A stretch of DNA of 32,246 nucleotides from Octopus sinensis (Eukaryota): assembly GCF_006345805.1 (NCBI RefSeq), contig NW_021829582.1, positions 1 to 32,246 on the forward strand, in the 5' to 3' direction. This document shows positions 25,591-32,246 of this stretch, piece by piece. Each line of letters opens with the position of its first letter. The stretch's first letter is position 1. Under the pieces are notes generated by a model, which saw only the letters and a program-made list of their open reading frames with translations, was not told where the DNA came from and ran no database searches. The position numbers and the translations under genes are program-made.

Positions 25591-26364
25591 TAGATTAATA
25601 TTGATTAAGAAATACGCGTTATGCAACATCGTATAAATTATAGATTGTTCTGATGTTGAGAAAGAAAAAAAAAACGATAAGGCAATTGCTGAAGATGATA
25701 ATAACGAAGATGAAACAGTTGTAACAGAAAGACTTAAACAACTTTCCCATGTCATGTTGCTTGATTTGATGAATGATGTAATCAAAAGAGTAGCTTGCCG
25801 CTTTTACGGAACAAGAATTAATGAATTTGCATTTATTGCATGAAAAATTACGCAGAGAAAGAGAGACAGAGAGAGATCAAAATGCATGACGCAATTTCGT
25901 TTGAATGAGATGTTGAAAAAGGTAAACAATAATAATGTTTGTCTCGTTAGTTCAACTTCAAGTAGCTTGGATATTCTATCTACGGTACCAGAAATCTAAG
26001 ATGAAAAGATTAACGTCGAAGCGGACAATAATCCTCACAGAGTCCAACTTCCAGATCATCGTCATTTATTTTACAGTTGCACTAAAATTCAGAACTTTGC
26101 CAATTGAAGATCAGCAGGGCTGCAGTAGCTTTGGCAGGTAGAGTAATTGATACGTTTACAATTAATTTTCGTTCATTAATTTTCTTTTAACTAATCATGT
26201 CACACTAACACGGGTCACTGTCCTGGTTATGACATTTAATCTGCCGTTCCAGCTTCGGGTCTCCTGGATTGAAGGGAAAATATTTTTCTCTTAATTGTAA
26301 TACGTAATTGTATTGTTTCGAATATCGATCTTCGTCACGTCCCCCACCTCCTCCTCCACCTCAA

Positions 26365-26585
26365 CATCATCATCATCATCATCATCATCATTGTCGTCGT
26401 CGTCGTCGTCGTCATCTTTATTTAACGTCCGGTTTTTTATGCTGGCATCGGTGGGGCAGTTGATACGGAGCTGGTAAGGCTAAAAGTTGGAATAGGTTGC
26501 ATTGTCTGTTCTGCCATGCTTACCACGGCTGGATGCTCTTCCTAATGTCAGCCACTCCACAGAGTGTACTGGGTTCTTATACATG
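26365..26585 (-). mobile_element. Degraded 3' end of an RTE-type retroposon with an (ATG/GAC)n tail
   Basis: tttaacgtccggttttt.atgctggcat...cagctggatg-like cggctggatgctcttcctaatgtcagccactccacagagtgtactggg resembles a common octopus retroposon end (recalled). The adjoining (CAT)/(GTC) array reads as a tandem-repeat tail on the minus strand. Confidence 0.5.
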
Positions 26586-27529
26586 TATATGTATGTGTTT
26601 ACATACAAACATATGTGTGTATGTATGTATGTATATGTATATATATATGTGTGTGTGTGTGTGTGTATGTATTTATATATGTACACATACATACATAGAT
26701 ATATATATATAAAAAAGATCAATGGTTACAGCAGAAGAGTCCATGATGAATACTTATTTGAGGCATGAGAAATTACAGCTGAGGAAGATATAAATATATT
26801 ATAAGTAATTTCTCTGGGATGAAATATTTGGAAAGATAGCCAAGAAGAACATATAAGTAGAGGGCCAACATCTGACAACGCTGGGCATTGCGCTTTACAA
26901 ACCCATAAAGAAACATTCACCTTGGGACGAAGCTATATACATTACTCTCTTCAAATGCGAAATATATTCGCTTAATTCCACAATACATATTTACTTCCAT
27001 TAAATTGATTAATTACTGCAGTTAATACCGTTGTTTTTGGTTTTCGATTAATGTTACTGTTTCATTGTTGCCAACTAGTAAAACATATTTTCATGTATTT
27101 CATTTAGAAATATAATGTTTGACAAACTCGTTTCTCTAAAAATTCTGTTGTGATATAAGAGACATGACAGATTGATATTTAGTTGTACAAAGGTTTAAGG
27201 CTTGAGTTATTGCGTTGCGTCGTTTGCTCTGAAAGAACAGGATTAGCTTTGAAACAAAGGGTTTCTCGAAAATCGGCGTACTGATGCACTTACATAAGTG
27301 AGTGGGTATGTGTGGGTGTAGAGAAAGAGAGAGAGGGATAGTCAGCGACAGAGGGAGTGACAGAGATAAGGATAGAACAGAGGGAAGAATGAGCGAGAAA
27401 TACAGAGAAAGAGAGAGAGAAATCTAAATACATTTATGTTTTTCTAAATATATTTATGCATTTCAATAGGGATATATGGTAGATATATAAAGATATTATA
27501 TATTAAATATATTTAAGTAGATATATCAT

Positions 27530-28110
<581 letters not shown>

Positions 28111-28749
28111 TTCATACAGTCTGAATGAAAAAGCTTGTGCATAAATTGGTTAAACCTATATGTGTGCATATATGTAAGCAGACATATATGTGCGTTTCTA
28201 TTTTATTGTGTCTGTGTATGTGTGTATTATGTGTGTCAGTGTGTGTGCGTATTTGAGTGTTTAGTATACGAATGTATCTGCCGCCGATGTTGTAAAAGCG
28301 TTGGCTATGGAGTAAACTAATAAATGAAATGAGTATTTCAAAGAAGGAGAAGAATCTGTCTAGTTGTCAAAAATATGAGTGAAACCGTATTACGTTAGAA
28401 ATGGCACTTCTGGTCTTGCAGCTATATAGGCGAATGCATCGAAATTACACTTATCAAAACGGGTATCTCTAGATAAGATACAAAATCTAAACACGGAACA
28501 TGACCTTCCAATAACTAAACTTTAATAGAATCTTGAAAACGTCAAGAGAAACTAAACACTGCGAGAATATCCAAGATCTTTCTTAACACGCATGAATTTG
28601 TTTCAAAAATATTCATCTCCACTAAAAGATTTTTCTGCAGAATTTCAGTTGATGCAGCACGGAATATTTGGAGAGTGAGTCGATTTGTTTATAGAATAAG
28701 CAATATTGTAATCGTGCTATTTTGTTTCGTTTTCAGAAAGGTACACTTG

Positions 28750-28820
28750 TGGCTGTCTGGTTAAAAAGATCGTTTTGCAACCATGTAGCCTTGGGTTTCA
28801 TAGTGATTATGGCACAATGC
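28750..28820 (+). mobile_element. Highly degraded SINE head fragment
   Basis: gtggctgtctggttaaaaagatcg...caaccatgtagccttgggtttca resembles the tRNA-like head of the CORE-type SINE (A-box-like tggctgtctggttaa). Confidence 0.35.
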
Positions 28821-29199
28821 ATGGTGCTTATGGTACACAACAGTCGTTTAAAGGAAATCAGTGGATTGCAGTTTAAAATATTGGTTCCAGAATCACTCAT
28901 AATAATAGCCATAATACTGGCAATGGTTATCTGCCTCTAATATACATTCAGATCCTATACGTCACATGAATATATATAGCGATATATTTTAATTGAAATG
29001 TACAGTACTAGATCTCCATTACGGCCGTGCTAACCTATCGGTTTCGCTCAGCAGAAGTAGCCGTTAACGACCATCACTGATGAGCACGGGGCTACGTAAT
29101 CGGAGTGGTACCTAACACTCCATTGAACCCCAAGTTGTTAATGGGTTATACATATATATATATATATATATATAAACTCAACTTAGGCAATCATACTCA

Positions 29200-29720
29200 T
29201 CTCTCTCTATATAAACGGCAATTTGTCTGTCTGTGTGTCTGTGTGTCTGTCAGGTTGTACACTCACCCTGACCACGGCTTTCAACCGATTCTGATGAAAC
29301 TTGACACACACATAGCCCAATGTCATAATTCAAAACTAACGCAACGAAAATTTGGAAAAGTTCCCCCAGTTCTGAAAAAATCGATAAATTCGACATGGGG
29401 GCTAGAATCTAAGCTTTTTATTTGCAACACATTTTCTGTTTTAGTTTTCGTAACTTGGAATCGATTTTCACCAAACTCATGGTGAAGCTTAATGTTACCC
29501 TAAGAAACTTAATTCTGACGTTAGTTTTCCATGCAATACCTTACCATCAGAAAAAATCGATAAAATTATGCCATTTTGGGAAATCGCGTCAAATTCAAGA
29601 TGACATATTTTCAACAATATCTTTCACAAATTGGCAGGAATTTTTTAAAAATCCACAGCGAGCATCATGTCTGCACCAGGGGCTCTTACATACCCGGGCA
29701 ATGCCGGGCTATGCTACTAG
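29200..29720 (+). mobile_element. Non-autonomous Helitron (521 bp)
   Basis: It begins with TC (tctctctctatataaacggc) after an A and ends in CTAG before a T, i.e. an A^T target with no TSD. A GC-rich subterminal hairpin cccgg-gcaatg-ccggg (29693-29708) lies 8 nt before the CTAG, and there is a short (TGTC) microsatellite near the 5' end. Confidence 0.85.
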
Positions 29721-30739
29721 TACAGTTATAAATTTAAACTGTATTACATAACTTATATACCATTATGTGTTTTTAAAATACACATCGAACTCTTAATTTT
29801 AGTACGAAAAACTTTCATCGGTCCTCTTTTTTCTCGCACTTCCTTCCATACGTATCCTACATGGGTTTTGTTTATATGTATATATATATATGCACATAAA
29901 TAATTTTAATGATGATGATGATGTTGACAACTATGATCATGATCATGATCATGATAATAATAGTACCTTTTATTTGCCCGAGGTTTTACACAGGCAGATG
30001 ACGGTAAAGGAGGGAAAAGGACTGGGACCGAGAGACACGATAAGGAAATATATATTCAGTATCATTGAGTAATATTCTTAAGGCCGCTATTTACTCACAC
30101 ACAGAATCGTTCAGAGCTTTTCGCTAAATCAGTTCTTAACCGAATTGAAAACTGTTAACATTTTTGTAGAGGGCTACATTTTGGCATAAAAAATGAAAAC
30201 AGTTTACATCAAAATTTTTAGCAACGTTATTGGAAAGTAAATTGCGCCACCAATCAAGTTTTGATCTAAACAACTTAGTTATCTTAAAAGCAAAATATGT
30301 TTACGTTAGTAGAAAGCATGAAAATGTTATACTTTTGGTCCCATACAACAAAATATGTATCAAAAATGTTGGGAGGTAAAATATCATGAAAAAAAATAAG
30401 GCAAAAAATTGGATTTAAGTATAATTAACTTTTTTATATTTTAAAAACAAACTATATATATATTTCAATTAAGCTTAAATGATAGAGATCAGTTCGAAGA
30501 ATTTCATGATATCAATCTCATGCTATGGGTGTTTGTTTCTCAAATTTGAGGGTGATAATATATATTGTCCTATAAGGAACTTTTAATATACGTCACCGGT
30601 GCCATTGAGATAAAGAAAACATTATCAACGACACCGCTAACTGACACATTTGACACATTATTAAATAGTATAATAGCATAGCCTGGAAAAAAAAGATTAC
30701 ATTGATAATGCAAGCAAGTGAAATAATATTCTTAACATT

Positions 30740-31500
30740 ATAAACCTGGAAAATTACAGGACAAGTTATAACACTTGGAAAACATCACAACTTATTATTT
30801 CTGGTAAAGTACAGAACAAGAACATTTTTATTTAAAATATTGCAGCTAAGGATAAAATTTGAATATTAAAAATTATTTGATTCTAATTTACAATGTAACA
30901 TTATGATTTTAAAAAGATATCATCATTTGGTTAAAATATTGACTCGCTAGAATTCTTTAAAAATGAAAGTCAGAAGTACCAATATAGCTATAGTTTTATG
31001 CAACGTAGAATAGTATATATGGTAGCCAAATTCATTATACAAAAAATAGGCATTGGGTCAAGACTAAATATGTGAACATTTGACAATAACTTAGGCAACA
31101 AGTGAAGCAAATTTTACTGTGAAAATTTTACACGTAGATTTGAGATTAATAAATAACTAATGTTTGCATTATTCTATATTTTGTACTAATTATGTACTAC
31201 TATTATTGTTTTTATATCCTATTTTCGAAATTCTGATTATTTATTAATAATTAAGAAATTAATTTTTTTTAAGTGCAAAAAAAATTTTGAGTAATTTAAA
31301 AAATTTTTAATAGAAGTAACAAGTAATAAAAAATAGAAGTAATAACTTGTAATAAATTTTTTAGTTGTAATAAAAGCTAATATTTTCAAAATGGAAAAAA
31401 ATTATTTGAAATTTTATCCTTAGCTGCAATATTTTTAGTAAAAATTTTATTCTTCTGTACTTTAGAAGATGTAATAACTTATACTTTAATTTTCCAGTTT
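30740..31500. repeat. Degenerate long inverted repeat (old DNA-transposon/MITE remnant)
   Basis: aaaatattgcagctaaggataaaattt (30834-30860) is the exact reverse complement of 31409-31435. The similarity extends outward (aaagtacagaa; ctggaaaatta...aagttat). Confidence 0.55.
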
Positions 31501-31609
31501 TATAATCTAAAAAATATCATTTTTCCATGTCATACAAAATATGGAAACACACAGAGGATACAATCATTTTCCTCCAATCAATAAGCTTAATCATCAGTAC
31601 CATCATTAT

Positions 31610-31788
31610 TTCTACTTCCCCTTCTTCTTCTACCTCTTCTTCTCCTTCTTCTTCTCCTTCTTCTTCTTCTTCTTCTTCTTCTTCTTCTTCTTCTTCTTCT
31701 TCTTCTTCTTCTTTCTACTACTACTTCTACTTCTACTTCTTCTACTTCTACTTCTTCTTCTACCTCGTCCTCCTCTTACTTCCTCTTC

Positions 31789-31820
<32 letters not shown>

Positions 31821-32246
31821 CTTCTTCTTCTTCTTCTTCTACCTCGTCCTTCTCTTCTTTCCATTTTCCTTCTTCTTCTTCATCTTCTTCTTCTACTTCT
31901 TCTTCTCCTCCTTCTTCTCCACCTCCTGCTTCCTCCTCTTTCTTCTTCTGACTCTTTCCTCCTCCTTTTCTTCTTCTTCTTCTTCTTCTACCACGTCTTC
32001 CACTTCCTTCCCCTTCTTCTTCCTTTTCTGTTTCTTCTCCTCCCCCTCCTCCATCTCCTTCTGCCTCCTCCTCTTCTTCTTCTGTCTCTTTCATTCACTT
32101 CTTCTTCTTCTTCTCCTTCTTCTACCTCGCCCTCCTCTTTCTTCCACTTCTTTTTCTTCCACCTCCTTTTTCTCCTTCTGTCTCTTTCATCCACTTTTTC
32201 TTTTTCTTCTTCTTCTTCTTCTTCTTCTTCTACCTCGTCCTCCTCT
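31610..32246. repeat. (CTT/CCT)n polypyrimidine tract with higher-order units
   Basis: Visible. ttctacctcgtcct recurs at ~31757, ~31837 and ~32228, with a variant at ~32120. Confidence 0.9.

Overview
AT-rich, repeat-dominated eukaryotic DNA, most likely intergenic or intronic sequence from an octopus (coleoid cephalopod). That assignment is inferred from the SINE families, which I recognise from memory, and from the dense (TA)n, (GATA)n, (GAT)n and (CTT)n microsatellites. No protein-coding gene can be called with confidence; almost all listed ORFs are translations of microsatellites or SINEs. Supported features are: at least four tRNA-derived SINE families, including a nest of about 9 copies in about 1.9 kb; a degraded RTE-type LINE 3' end; a complete non-autonomous Helitron; several MITE/fold-back inverted repeats; and a degenerate 18S rRNA fragment of about 375 bp sitting inside a SINE. 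The most notable observations are the SINE-18S-SINE chimera, a ~1.1-kb near-perfect palindrome built from a 464-bp tandem unit (possibly a long-read artefact), and an apparent GGTA target-site preference of one SINE subfamily that would explain its self-nesting. All alignments were made by eye, without database searches.
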